DNA of 64,000 bases from a virus, in the IMG/VR virus record IMGVR_UViG_3300036399_001571, positions 32,001-96,000 of that record. One strand, 5' to 3'. The notes beneath the pieces were generated by a model. It searched no databases. It was given only the letters and a program-made list of their open reading frames with translations, and was not told the DNA's origin. Made by a program: the position numbers and the translations under genes. Shown here one piece after another: positions 8,756 to 18,167 of the stretch (the first letter of the stretch is position 1; the number at the start of each line of letters is the position of its first letter).

Positions 8756-9713
8756 GACCAGGACACTTGAAGTCACGGATGAGGTTATAGAAGAAATATC
8801 GAATCTTGAATTCACGGACCTTGGTGGAGGTGTGATTGTATTTCATAATGCAGTCGACGTTGACCTAGAAACCATGTCGAATTGGATTGACAAAAATGCT
8901 CTTGCAGCACACCAGCAAAGATGGAAGTACGACATCGACATAAATGGCGTAGTCTACGCAAAGAACGAAGATGGGAATAAGTTCTCTATCGAGCAAGTGG
9001 AGAGAGTCCCTGTAAGAGTTCTTGAGCCGGTCCAGGACCATACAGAAGAAGAAATTGTATCCGTGTTCAGAAACTGGGAAGACTGCATATACAAGTCTCT
9101 AATACGGTATGTGGATATGTTTCCACTCGTGGTTGGGACTATATGGTGGAGAAGCAGGGGACACGTTCTGAGGTACGACTCTGGAAAGTACCTGGGACTA
9201 CACAACGACAACGACACAAACTATAGAGCCACGAACGGGGAGAGGTACATCCCCTATGGTCAGCTTGGAGCCAGGCAGACAGTTGCCGTCTTGCTGTATA
9301 TAAATGACTGCGTTGCCACTCCGGACGAATTAGACGGAACGAATTACTCTGGAGGGGAGCTCTACTTCCCATACCTTGGAATTAGCCATATGGCAAAGCG
9401 TGGGGACATCATAATATTCCCAACAAATTACATTGCTTCGCACGGGGTAAACACCGTCACCGGCGGAACAAGGTACGCCTATCTTGAATTCTTTTCGCAA
9501 GGAAGCCCTGACCCAAACGCAAGGATAGAAGTCTCGGAAGAGGATGAGGTTTCCAGCTGGTGCGTTCCGCACTGGATTGATACGATTTACGATGACTACC
9601 AAAAGTACGCGTCCTCAGTTAACCCAGGTGACAGCAAAACACTCGTAAGAAATCTTGAGGGCAAAAATGGTTACATTAATCCGTTGAACATGAAAGCTGA
9701 ATCAGTTGAGTAA
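8742..9713 (+). CDS. 2OG-Fe(II) oxygenase (WW-GH subfamily), tandem paralog
   Basis: LGGGVIVFHNA...IWWRSRGHVLRY...HNDND...HGV...RYAYL. Confidence 0.85.
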   Translation: MKRYETRTLEVTDEVIEEISNLEFTDLGGGVIVFHNAVDVDLETMSNWIDKNALAAHQQRWKYDIDINGVVYAKNEDGNKFSIEQVERVPVRVLEPVQDHTEEEIVSVFRNWEDCIYKSLIRYVDMFPLVVGTIWWRSRGHVLRYDSGKYLGLHNDNDTNYRATNGERYIPYGQLGARQTVAVLLYINDCVATPDELDGTNYSGGELYFPYLGISHMAKRGDIIIFPTNYIASHGVNTVTGGTRYAYLEFFSQGSPDPNARIEVSEEDEVSSWCVPHWIDTIYDDYQKYASSVNPGDSKTLVRNLEGKNGYINPLNMKAESVE

Positions 9714-10248
9714 GGTTGGAATAGTATCTCTTGGCAATATGGGTGTGACAATTGCTCACAGCGTTATTAATTCTGGGCATATTGTCCACTGGACATCAGA
9801 AGGTCGTTCTGAAACGACAGTTGCCGCAGGCAGAAAAATAAAAGATGCCATAGAACACGAGTCGGTTAAAGAACTATTTGGCTCAGTAGACATTTTCATT
9901 TGCATCGGCAGAGGTGGAGTTGCAGAGGAAACAATAGAGCTGGCAAAGAAGTACGCATTTACAGGAATATATGTAGACGGCAACAATCTCCACGGTCTAG
10001 AATCAGAACTGAATATTGCATCAATAGCGGAATCTGGCGGGATTAATTATGTGGAGGCTCTTTTCCGAGGCTATCCGCTTGGTTATGACCAAGGTGGAGG
10101 AGAGGACAAAAGAAATTTATATCTTTCAGGTCTGTGGAAGTCAGCAAAAGTGATTGAATCACTATTCGTTGACGGAATATGGAAAGTAGAAATTGTTGCA
10201 GAGTCAGCAAAAGCTTTAAACCGAACAAGATTTAAAAGACTTTTTTAA
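9706..10248 (+). CDS. NAD(P)-binding Rossmann domain (6PGD / 3-hydroxyisobutyrate dehydrogenase-like N-domain only)
   Basis: KVGIVSLGNMGVTIA...WTSEGRS...YVDGN; ends at 180 aa with no C-terminal domain. Confidence 0.7.
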   Translation: MSKVGIVSLGNMGVTIAHSVINSGHIVHWTSEGRSETTVAAGRKIKDAIEHESVKELFGSVDIFICIGRGGVAEETIELAKKYAFTGIYVDGNNLHGLESELNIASIAESGGINYVEALFRGYPLGYDQGGGEDKRNLYLSGLWKSAKVIESLFVDGIWKVEIVAESAKALNRTRFKRLF

Positions 10249-10985
10249 TGGTTTTGTGTTTTATGCTCGCCGACTAAAACCTGTTTTTGTTGGCTATTCA
10301 GCAAACCAACATCTGACCTGAATTTATTAACCCAATCATAAGCGCCTGGTTTATTTTCTTGGCCATTACCGTGATAAAACCACGACAGAAATGCCCAGCG
10401 CTCTCCACTTGTGACTTCATCTACTTCGTGGCAACCAATAAAATTAGATGGATATATAAGTGCGGAGCCAAACTCCGGTTTTGCATTTATTCCCCAGGTC
10501 CTGAATCTGACGTCCCCGCCTGCATAGCCATCATTTATAAAAATTGATGTTGTGAGCGTGTTGAAAGCAGGGCTTGTTGTTAGTGGTTCCAATGTTCCGG
10601 GTTTGTAAGGAATGTTGCAGTCTGAATGCGGCCCCATTCCATTGCCAGTTAGGTATCTAATTAGGTATCCATCGGTTTGACCAGTTATGCACTCCGTTGC
10701 AACAGGAAAAATTTTGCAGTACTCCACAGCAGCTGAATAAATTGCTTTTCTTAGCAATGTTGTTATCCCGAGTTCTTCTATGTCCGTGTATCTGCTTGGA
10801 GCTGCTTGCTTGCCTTGTTCGTCAAATTCATAACCACCATCACTTATAAGCTTGCCGTCAATAAGCGAATAACCCTGAGGAATCTTTGCATTGGCTATAT
10901 GCAGCAATTCGTTTTCGTCAATTTCATCACGCTCGATTAGGCCATAAACGATGGCTATCCCATGACCCAAGTGTTTGATTTTCAT
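10245..10985 (-). CDS. 2OG-Fe(II) oxygenase
   Basis: HSD...INDGYAGGDVRF...YPSNFIGCHEV...RWAFL. Confidence 0.85.
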   Translation of the reverse strand: MKIKHLGHGIAIVYGLIERDEIDENELLHIANAKIPQGYSLIDGKLISDGGYEFDEQGKQAAPSRYTDIEELGITTLLRKAIYSAAVEYCKIFPVATECITGQTDGYLIRYLTGNGMGPHSDCNIPYKPGTLEPLTTSPAFNTLTTSIFINDGYAGGDVRFRTWGINAKPEFGSALIYPSNFIGCHEVDEVTSGERWAFLSWFYHGNGQENKPGAYDWVNKFRSDVGLLNSQQKQVLVGEHKTQNH

Positions 10986-11872
10986 GCGTGTTCACCCATT
11001 GCCAGTCGATATGTATTAGAAGATTTTTCCTCGCCAACCGATTCCAGATATTCAATAAATCTTTCCCTGAGATGCGGGATATAAACATTGGAGGATACAG
11101 CCGCTTTTTCTGGGTTGACGAGAGGGTCTTCAACTTCTTCGTTAACTGATGGATTTGGCGTTCCATGAGCGTACCATCCAAGATAGGTGAATCTGTTGCC
11201 TGATTCAACCGGAGTAACTTCATGCGCAGCAATATAGTTTGATGGAAACATCAAAACATCGCCTCTTCTTGGAATGTACTCAATATCCAAATATGTAAAC
11301 TTATGATGCCCACCTGTAAAGTCACCCAGCTCAAAAACTTTCTCCCCATCTAGGCAGTTACCAAAATAAACCAAACATGACAGTGTGTTTCTTGAAGCAA
11401 GCTGATGTTGAGGGTGTGGTAATCCATAAACATAGTCAACGCTCGTGTCGCTATGCTCCCCTATGAAACCCCCACACTCGGAAGAGTAATTGACTAAATG
11501 TCCTTTCACTTTCCACCATATGTTTTTGAAAACAATTGGGAACATGTGCATATATCTGAAAAGATATTTATCTTTGCATTCCTCAATAAAACAAAATAAT
11601 TCAGCTACTTCTGGTCTTGTGTCCTGGTGTACCCTAGACCCCCTTCTTGGCATTCTATCTATCCCATTTTTTGAAAAAAAATAACCACTTCTGTTAACAT
11701 ATTCTTCCAAGCCATTGTCTGGATTGATAGCCGGCTGGTACATATCGCCCATCTCTCTGTCAACAATTTCTTTAGATATTCGGTTAACGTAATCCCAATC
11801 AAGGCTTATGGCGTTACGAAATACAACAACACCACCACCAAGATGTTCGGCTTTAGAGTTGTTAAAAATCAT
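10982..11872 (-). CDS. 2OG-Fe(II) oxygenase (WW-GH subfamily)
   Basis: LGGGVVVFRNA...IWWKVKGHL...HSD...FPSNYIAAHEV...RFTYL. Confidence 0.85.
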   Translation of the reverse strand: MIFNNSKAEHLGGGVVVFRNAISLDWDYVNRISKEIVDREMGDMYQPAINPDNGLEEYVNRSGYFFSKNGIDRMPRRGSRVHQDTRPEVAELFCFIEECKDKYLFRYMHMFPIVFKNIWWKVKGHLVNYSSECGGFIGEHSDTSVDYVYGLPHPQHQLASRNTLSCLVYFGNCLDGEKVFELGDFTGGHHKFTYLDIEYIPRRGDVLMFPSNYIAAHEVTPVESGNRFTYLGWYAHGTPNPSVNEEVEDPLVNPEKAAVSSNVYIPHLRERFIEYLESVGEEKSSNTYRLAMGEHA

Positions 11873-12729
11873 TGATGGTCATCTTTTCTTGATTTGAATG
11901 GAGTCTTTCCTGATGGTATCTTACCCTCATCACCATATTTATCCATTAAGTATTGTTCGTAGTCTTCAACTATGGTTTTCATCCACCATTGTCCACCCAC
12001 CGGCCTTTGTGCGGAATCCGTTGGCTCTTGCGGTGAGACCCCTTTGTCTTGTTGCGGGGAGCCCTGTGCAAACCACGAAAGGTATGAGTACCTAGAACCT
12101 GAAGTTACTTCTAGTATTTCATGAGCGCCCAAGTAGTTTGCTGGCATAAAAAGAATTGTTCCACTTTTAGGTTTTATGGTTATGTCAAAATACGGCAAAA
12201 CCATTTCTCCGCCAGTAAATGAATACTCATCGCAATCCGATTCATCGCAATTATCGTTTATATAGAGGAGAGCACTTATGACGTTTCTAGTGGCGTGCTC
12301 AAAAGGAGGGAAATGACCATACCTGTAGTTGACATCGTTGTCGCAGTGGAAACCCAGTTTTGAGCCAGATGGATATTTAAGTGCGTGCCCTTCGCTTTTC
12401 CACCAAAGACACTGCAGTACAGCGGGAAACATTTCTACATACTCAAGTAAGCACCTGTAGATAGCTTCTTCGCACTCTATAAAGAAACCGTGATTCAGCT
12501 CTTGAACTCTTATTGGAGTTTTTGATATTTCATTAAGTTCGTAAATAAAACCACTTTTGTTTATTGCGTGAATTGGTTTTCCGTCAATATCGTATACATA
12601 CTCATACTGTGCTTTTATGGCTGCGTCAGAAAGTTCATCTATCAGGCCTGTAATCTCCACGACTGGAACATTTACTGCATCCCTGAATACAACTACACCA
12701 CCACCGAGATTTTCCACATTGAAAGACAT
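11869..12729 (-). CDS. 2OG-Fe(II) oxygenase (WW-GH subfamily)
   Basis: LGGGVVVFRDA...LWWKSEGHALKY...HCDND...GGEM...HEI...RYSYL. Confidence 0.85.
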   Translation of the reverse strand: MSFNVENLGGGVVVFRDAVNVPVVEITGLIDELSDAAIKAQYEYVYDIDGKPIHAINKSGFIYELNEISKTPIRVQELNHGFFIECEEAIYRCLLEYVEMFPAVLQCLWWKSEGHALKYPSGSKLGFHCDNDVNYRYGHFPPFEHATRNVISALLYINDNCDESDCDEYSFTGGEMVLPYFDITIKPKSGTILFMPANYLGAHEILEVTSGSRYSYLSWFAQGSPQQDKGVSPQEPTDSAQRPVGGQWWMKTIVEDYEQYLMDKYGDEGKIPSGKTPFKSRKDDHQ

Positions 12730-12738
12730 GTCAGTATG

Positions 12739-13383
12739 TTAGTCAGTTTTTTTAACCACCGGAGATTCTATGATTGGTCTATCCGTGTATATTCCCCAAT
12801 CTGCATTTGGGTTTACTCTGGGTTCAATTGGGCTAAGATTCATGCTTACAACAATCCTTGGACTTTCAATCATTTGCCGTGCTGTCATGTGGGTAATAAA
12901 TGAGTTAAAAATAATCAACAGTCCATCTTGCGGCTTAACAGAAATAGTGTTGTGCATATAACCACACCAGTGCGCTGAAAAAATTAAATCCGCAGAATCA
13001 AGTGGGGCAGATGGGTAGTAAGCAATAGAAAAATAGTCACCAGGGTGTGTGTGATGGTTTTTGTAATGACTGTGAGCTATCACACTCTGCCCAGGCATTA
13101 ATTTTATCGCCCATATTTCATCAATTTTGTATTTACGATTTGTTACTTCGTCAACAATTTGAACAATTAATTTTTCAAGTTTTGTGAATTCAGGTGTTAC
13201 TGGAACAACTGTATCTTCATACTGCACAAAACCACGACTTACTGAGCCATATTCTTCGCAATCTGCATTAACTGGAAAACCGTATAAGTTTATATCGGAC
13301 ACAATCTGTTCATTGTCTATGTCCAAAAGCTGCGATGTAAATATGTTTTGATTTATTAAAGGAATAGTATTTATTTTACTCAT
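12739..13383 (-). CDS. Putative 2OG-Fe(II) oxygenase (TIGR02466-like)
   Basis: WAIKL...HSH...HPGDYFSIAYY...PQDGLLIIFNSFITH...RIVVSMNL. Confidence 0.7.
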   Translation of the reverse strand: MSKINTIPLINQNIFTSQLLDIDNEQIVSDINLYGFPVNADCEEYGSVSRGFVQYEDTVVPVTPEFTKLEKLIVQIVDEVTNRKYKIDEIWAIKLMPGQSVIAHSHYKNHHTHPGDYFSIAYYPSAPLDSADLIFSAHWCGYMHNTISVKPQDGLLIIFNSFITHMTARQMIESPRIVVSMNLSPIEPRVNPNADWGIYTDRPIIESPVVKKTD

Positions 13384-14047
13384 ATACAAAGTTGGACATA
13401 TCTACTGGTGGGTTTGATTTCAGCCACACATTGACAACCATTACATTTCTAACCCCATACAAACAAGGGCTAGTTTGATGCACAACCCGACCTGCATCAA
13501 ATATAACCAATCGATTTTCTCTAAAGGCAATTCGCTCTCGCATCTCAATCGGGTCAATATGTTTTTTCAAATTTTCCCATTCAAGCGCATTGTGCTCACC
13601 AAAGACAAGCTTTGATTCAAAAAGCTCAAGAAACCCACCAACCACTTTTTCTTTTGATGGGCCGTAATAGACACACCCAACTTCAGGCCCGTTGTATATT
13701 TTTTTATCCTGATAAAGAAAAGTGTCTTCATCAACATGGGGTCCAAGAAACTGTCCAGCCCCAAATGTTCTTGTCCAGTACTCAAATCCAAGAACTTCAC
13801 TTATCGGCATTGGTAGATTGGTTTCCCATATCTCCCTAATGACTTGCTTCCTAAGTGTGTTGGCCGAAGAAGACCACCAACCATGCCAAAACATATAAGG
13901 TGCATAGCAGCTGGATTTTTCATCATGATAAGAGTTGAGCTCGCTAGCAATGCGTGAATCAGCTGTCATTGGACCAGGGAAAAATGATGCATCCTGGATG
14001 ATTGCTGAATAAACAGTCTCATCTATGGCGTCATCGTAAATTTTCAT
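13376..14047 (-). CDS. 2OG-Fe(II) oxygenase-like protein
   Basis: FEYW...HVDEDT...YY...GGFLEL...NRLVIFDAGRVVH...RNVMVVNVW. Confidence 0.75.
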   Translation of the reverse strand: MKIYDDAIDETVYSAIIQDASFFPGPMTADSRIASELNSYHDEKSSCYAPYMFWHGWWSSSANTLRKQVIREIWETNLPMPISEVLGFEYWTRTFGAGQFLGPHVDEDTFLYQDKKIYNGPEVGCVYYGPSKEKVVGGFLELFESKLVFGEHNALEWENLKKHIDPIEMRERIAFRENRLVIFDAGRVVHQTSPCLYGVRNVMVVNVWLKSNPPVDMSNFVYE

Positions 14048-14868
14048 ATATTTTTAACTTTATTCAATTTGTAAAATGGTACGCTTGGCTTTAGGTGGTG
14101 GTTAAGGTGCTTATGGTGTAGTCCGGTAAATATGAATCCAAAAACAAATTTATTATTTTTTGCAGTAAAATTTTGGTTCTCTGCCTCTGTTGTTTTCCCA
14201 GAAACGTACGAATAGCTTATGTGTGGGAACCACGATAAGAAAACGAACACTAGATACGGAAAAATAAAGGTTGGGAAAAGCCATATGAACGTAAATTCCA
14301 TCAGTTTCCCAAACATATACGACGAAAGAAATAAGACGAAAGTTGCTCTGTAAAAATTAACTTGAGCCTTATCTTTATACATTAAATACGCAAATATCGC
14401 CTCTCTTCTGCCTAACGTTTTTTTTAAAAGCTTAATGCCACCTGGAAAACAAACAACTACTTTTTCGTACAATCTTTTTGTTGGGAATTCAATTATTGAA
14501 ATAGCACCATCCGAACAACTACTATCAGGGTCCAATTTTGAATTTGCGTACCTATGATGCGCGATATGTAATTTGCCGTAACCCAAAAACGGCAAACCCA
14601 AAAACACGGAACTAGAATGACCAACTAACTTATTCAAAAATTTAAACTTTTTTATTCCACCGTTTACGTTCCCGTGTATTGCCTCGTGCATTACCACAAA
14701 TAGGTAGTAACAAATTACCGTGTTTATTAATGTGGCGATAAACAGTGGGAAATGCCCAACAATGGAAACTAACGCAACCAACACGTAGGAGAACATAAGA
14801 GAAATCCAGAAAAAAATTATCGGCCACCTTATTCCGTCGTTTGTTTTGTCTGGGTACAGTTGGTTCAC
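14044..14868 (-). CDS. Membrane fatty-acid desaturase / carotenoid hydroxylase family
   Basis: His boxes HEAIH, HIAHH and HLNHH (followed by PSVPFYKL); several hydrophobic segments. Confidence 0.85.
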   Translation of the reverse strand: MNQLYPDKTNDGIRWPIIFFWISLMFSYVLVALVSIVGHFPLFIATLINTVICYYLFVVMHEAIHGNVNGGIKKFKFLNKLVGHSSSVFLGLPFLGYGKLHIAHHRYANSKLDPDSSCSDGAISIIEFPTKRLYEKVVVCFPGGIKLLKKTLGRREAIFAYLMYKDKAQVNFYRATFVLFLSSYMFGKLMEFTFIWLFPTFIFPYLVFVFLSWFPHISYSYVSGKTTEAENQNFTAKNNKFVFGFIFTGLHHKHLNHHLKPSVPFYKLNKVKNI

Positions 14869-15560
14869 AGGTACCCACTACCAACCGTATCGCGTAGATA
14901 CTCTAGGTCAAAATCAAATATTAAAACCACCCTGTCATTTGTTCCTTCGTGTATTACAGAGTGCCTGTATGGCGGGCCATCCTTGAACGCAAGAATTTTC
15001 CCCTCATCCCATGTCCTGGTCTCATTTCCAACGGTAATTTTGCATTGTTTATCGTTTACAATGCATAAGTGACATCTCATTATTTTGTCAGAACCATTGT
15101 GTGGATTAATTATTGCCCCTGGTTTCACTATGCTGAACATTCCGCCAGAACACTGTCCATCATCTGCAAACTCTGAGACTATTGAATTAAATGTCTTAAA
15201 ATAAGAACTTGAGTAATCAAGATGTGCCTCTAGGTCTTTTTTTGTCTTCCACTTAACCACGCTACCCAGCAGTTCGGTATTTCCCCACTGCCTGCTATCT
15301 GCGCTTGGTCTTGTCCCAGCAAAACAAACATCCCACACCCCTGAATAAAGGTCTATTTCTTCTTCTTCTTCTTTTTCGTTTGATTTTATCTTGAGCTTTG
15401 GCGACGCAAGAGTGTTGCCGCCACCCCTGGTTGGGAATGGGTGGCTATGTTCCATATAGGAATTAAATTCGTCTTTTATAGAGAGCCAATTTTTTTCAAT
15501 CTCCACGCATACGGGGATTTCCCTAATAATATCATCCCAGAATGCTGGCTCCATTGACAT
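14865..15560 (-). CDS. Aspartyl/asparaginyl beta-hydroxylase family
   Basis: FSIVKPGAIINPHNG...RCHL...TWDEGK...HSV.H.G..DRVVLIFD; start moved to 15560. Confidence 0.85.
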   Translation of the reverse strand: MSMEPAFWDDIIREIPVCVEIEKNWLSIKDEFNSYMEHSHPFPTRGGGNTLASPKLKIKSNEKEEEEEIDLYSGVWDVCFAGTRPSADSRQWGNTELLGSVVKWKTKKDLEAHLDYSSSYFKTFNSIVSEFADDGQCSGGMFSIVKPGAIINPHNGSDKIMRCHLCIVNDKQCKITVGNETRTWDEGKILAFKDGPPYRHSVIHEGTNDRVVLIFDFDLEYLRDTVGSGYL

Positions 15561-15561
15561 T

Positions 15562-16323
15562 TTAGTCCTTAACGAAAGCCGTGTATCCGTAACTTTCAGA
15601 GTTGTGAAATGTGCTTCCATTTGAAAACTTTAGCACTTCGTGTAAATCACTTAGTGGGTGCAGGTTGTAATCGTCTCTGTAAATCTTCCCGGAATTGTTT
15701 GTTGAGTTTATCAGCAGCACACCGCCAGAAGACAGGGAGCCAATGCATTTTTCAAGCAACTCTATATCGTAAGCAACATCCCAGCCCATAACTTGAATTA
15801 GGTCAAAACCGGAAGCCTCTCCGTCGCCTATCTCGTCTGGCTCGACAACGCCATAACTTGTATCTCTAAGGCTTTCCGAACCGATACTCATGGAGTGGTC
15901 ACGTAGAAAAGTTTCAAAATTATAAAGAGATTGATTGTTAACAAAATTTATGCTGATGTTTTTTCTCTTAGAGAATTCTATGAATTGCGAACTCCACAAA
16001 TCCGGACTAAAAAACAGTATTTTTTCTGGATTCTTGACAGACATAAACAACTCAACCGAGTTATGCATGTTTGCCATTATCTCTCTCCACCCAGTCTGTG
16101 GGTTTAGGAGCAAATCCATATACCAAACCCCCTCCGAAGTACCCCTGGATGCGATTGACATATTCAAGTTCAAGGATGCTCGCCAATCAATTGCTTTTTG
16201 CGCTGACTCAAAGACCTCGTTAGTTATATCTTCCCAGGATGATTCCGTCCCCAGAACACGCTGCATGGGAGTATTACTCAACAGATGCGTAACCATTGCA
16301 GTACGTAGCCACCTATTGTCCAT
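15562..16323 (-). CDS. Hypothetical protein, possible class I SAM methyltransferase-like fold
   Basis: C-terminal FDLIQVMG...CIGSLSSGGVLLIN resembles MTase strands 4-5; no clear motif I. Confidence 0.45.
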   Translation of the reverse strand: MDNRWLRTAMVTHLLSNTPMQRVLGTESSWEDITNEVFESAQKAIDWRASLNLNMSIASRGTSEGVWYMDLLLNPQTGWREIMANMHNSVELFMSVKNPEKILFFSPDLWSSQFIEFSKRKNISINFVNNQSLYNFETFLRDHSMSIGSESLRDTSYGVVEPDEIGDGEASGFDLIQVMGWDVAYDIELLEKCIGSLSSGGVLLINSTNNSGKIYRDDYNLHPLSDLHEVLKFSNGSTFHNSESYGYTAFVKD

Positions 16324-16633
16324 TTTCAGACGCCTTTGCCAACTTGTAGTTCCAGTATGCCTCTCGTGCAATACTTGTCATCTTTACATTTATTTTTGCC
16401 AAAAATCTTGGTATTGAATTAGACGTATAATCAGCGCTTGCGCCTCCCCTAATGTCACTGCTGTACTTCCAGAGCTGGCGTATTTTTACAGCTGCGTAAT
16501 CAATCCTCATTGAATCAATGTCGCTTGGGTCTTGGTCTGTAATAAAACATATGACCGCAAGTTTTTGTTCATTTCTTTTGGCGTCTTTTTCGGCGTCGTA
16601 CAAGTTTGCTCCGCCACTTTCCCTAGTTCTCAT
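16313..16633 (-). CDS. Small hypothetical protein (paralog family with 16941 and 17184)
   Basis: EQKLAVICFITDQDPSDIDS; overlaps both neighbours. Confidence 0.6.
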   Translation of the reverse strand: MRTRESGGANLYDAEKDAKRNEQKLAVICFITDQDPSDIDSMRIDYAAVKIRQLWKYSSDIRGGASADYTSNSIPRFLAKINVKMTSIAREAYWNYKLAKASENGQ

Positions 16634-16931
16634 TTGCTATTTCCTCCACTAATTCGTTACGGGTGAAGTCTCCAGGTTCTGTTTCTTCCCATTTTCTCTG
16701 TGGGTCATTTGACTGGAGTAGGTCGCAAAAAAAGGCAGCTCCATCTGGGAGTTCAAAGGATAAAAGCGCTGGATTCCAGCGAGGAACTTGGCTATCCCTA
16801 TTCGGGTTTTGCATTGGTTCTTGGATGAATGGATAATCCGGGTCCATATCTGGGCATATTTCATACCTCCCAGAATTTAGTGCAATTTCGACTATTGAAA
16901 TCTTCCGTGGTATTTTTGGAGCTATTTTCAT
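16623..16931 (-). CDS. Hypothetical protein
   Basis: ORF tightly packed within the operon. Confidence 0.6.
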   Translation of the reverse strand: MKIAPKIPRKISIVEIALNSGRYEICPDMDPDYPFIQEPMQNPNRDSQVPRWNPALLSFELPDGAAFFCDLLQSNDPQRKWEETEPGDFTRNELVEEIANEN

Positions 16932-16940
16932 AACCGCCCA

Positions 16941-17174
16941 CTAATCCCGGAGTCTTGCCAGCGCCGCCAATTGAAGTTTCAAACATTCGTATGCATCGTA
17001 CTGTGCAAGCAATGCAGTGTTTTCGTTTACCGAAAGGTCAACTGGGTTTTCCATACCAGCCTCTAGGTCATCATCTTCCACACCAAGAACAAAAGCAAGC
17101 GTGTATATTGAGTATTCGAGTATCTGAATTGCTTCAGCCTTGGCCTTTGCCAATTGTTCTGGTGTTAGTGCCAT
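16941..17174 (-). CDS. Small helical hypothetical protein
   Basis: EYSIYTLAFVLGVEDDDLEA. Confidence 0.65.
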   Translation of the reverse strand: MALTPEQLAKAKAEAIQILEYSIYTLAFVLGVEDDDLEAGMENPVDLSVNENTALLAQYDAYECLKLQLAALARLRD

Positions 17175-17183
17175 GTTGGAAGC

Positions 17184-17420
17184 TTACTCAGCAATTCTTA
17201 ACTTGATGTTGTTAATCTTTGAGATAAAATCAGCAATCAATTTGTGGCCATGAATAATGCCGTTTGAGTCCATACCTGGGGTGAAGTTGACATCATCAAA
17301 CGTGTCTGGGTCGAAACCTTCTTGGAGCAGTCTCTCCATAAGCTGTCTCTCAATGTCCTTCAGGGTGCGCTGATAAACAAGCTTTTTTTCCTGAGTTGTA
17401 AAAGAAGATTCAAATTTCAT
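17184..17420 (-). CDS. Small helical hypothetical protein
   Basis: ERQLMERLLQEGFDPDTFDD; GGAG-like RBS upstream. Confidence 0.65.
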   Translation of the reverse strand: MKFESSFTTQEKKLVYQRTLKDIERQLMERLLQEGFDPDTFDDVNFTPGMDSNGIIHGHKLIADFISKINNIKLRIAE

Positions 17421-17465
17421 GGCTGCTCCGTAATCCGTACGTTGGACAAGTACCCATATTCTACA

Positions 17466-18167
17466 CTACGGATTGGCCAATTTCGGCAGACCAGTGAATG
17501 TCGGCCCTATCCGATTATCGTCAGCGTCAAGACCTGTACGAATCCCTTTGGTCCAAGTCCATGGTTTTTCAATACCATTTCGCGCCTTGAGTTCACCATA
17601 TTTCATTCTAGAATCCACCAGCTCGGCATCGTCCCAGAAATTTGAAACAATAACTTCGGTGTTTTCCAGAATTGAATTATCGTAAATATTAAAAAAACAA
17701 AATGGACTTCCTGCTTCAAAAACTACAGGCTCTCCAATTTTTGTTATTTTCCAGTTCATTTGAGATTCATCCGGCCACCAGTAGCTGGGTATTGTCGCAG
17801 TGAGCGGTATTGCTCCATCTACAAAATAGTTTGGAGAGCCTGAAAACCACGTGTTGTAACCTTCTTCAGTATTAATGACCCACCCCATATGGATGGAAAT
17901 CATTCCTATTATTGAAGATGTAGCCTGAACGCGACCGGATGAAGATATCTCGCCAGAAAGAATAACGGGAGGAGTATTTCCTCCATCCCACTGGACAACA
18001 AGGTCTTCCTCCATTTGCAATTCCCATCCGTAGACGTTTGCAACAGTCATTGGCAGGCACTGATAAGCGTGTTTATTGTAGGTGTTATCCATCCAGTCTC
18101 TTTTAATACGAGACTGTTCTATAACAGGTGGTTTCGAGTGCATTTTTTTAAGGAATAACTTTGTCAT
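17466..18167 (-). CDS. DUF6065-like protein
   Basis: KRDWMD...HAYQCLPMTVANVYGW...WFSGSPN; paralog of 3931..4635. Confidence 0.8.
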   Translation of the reverse strand: MTKLFLKKMHSKPPVIEQSRIKRDWMDNTYNKHAYQCLPMTVANVYGWELQMEEDLVVQWDGGNTPPVILSGEISSSGRVQATSSIIGMISIHMGWVINTEEGYNTWFSGSPNYFVDGAIPLTATIPSYWWPDESQMNWKITKIGEPVVFEAGSPFCFFNIYDNSILENTEVIVSNFWDDAELVDSRMKYGELKARNGIEKPWTWTKGIRTGLDADDNRIGPTFTGLPKLANP

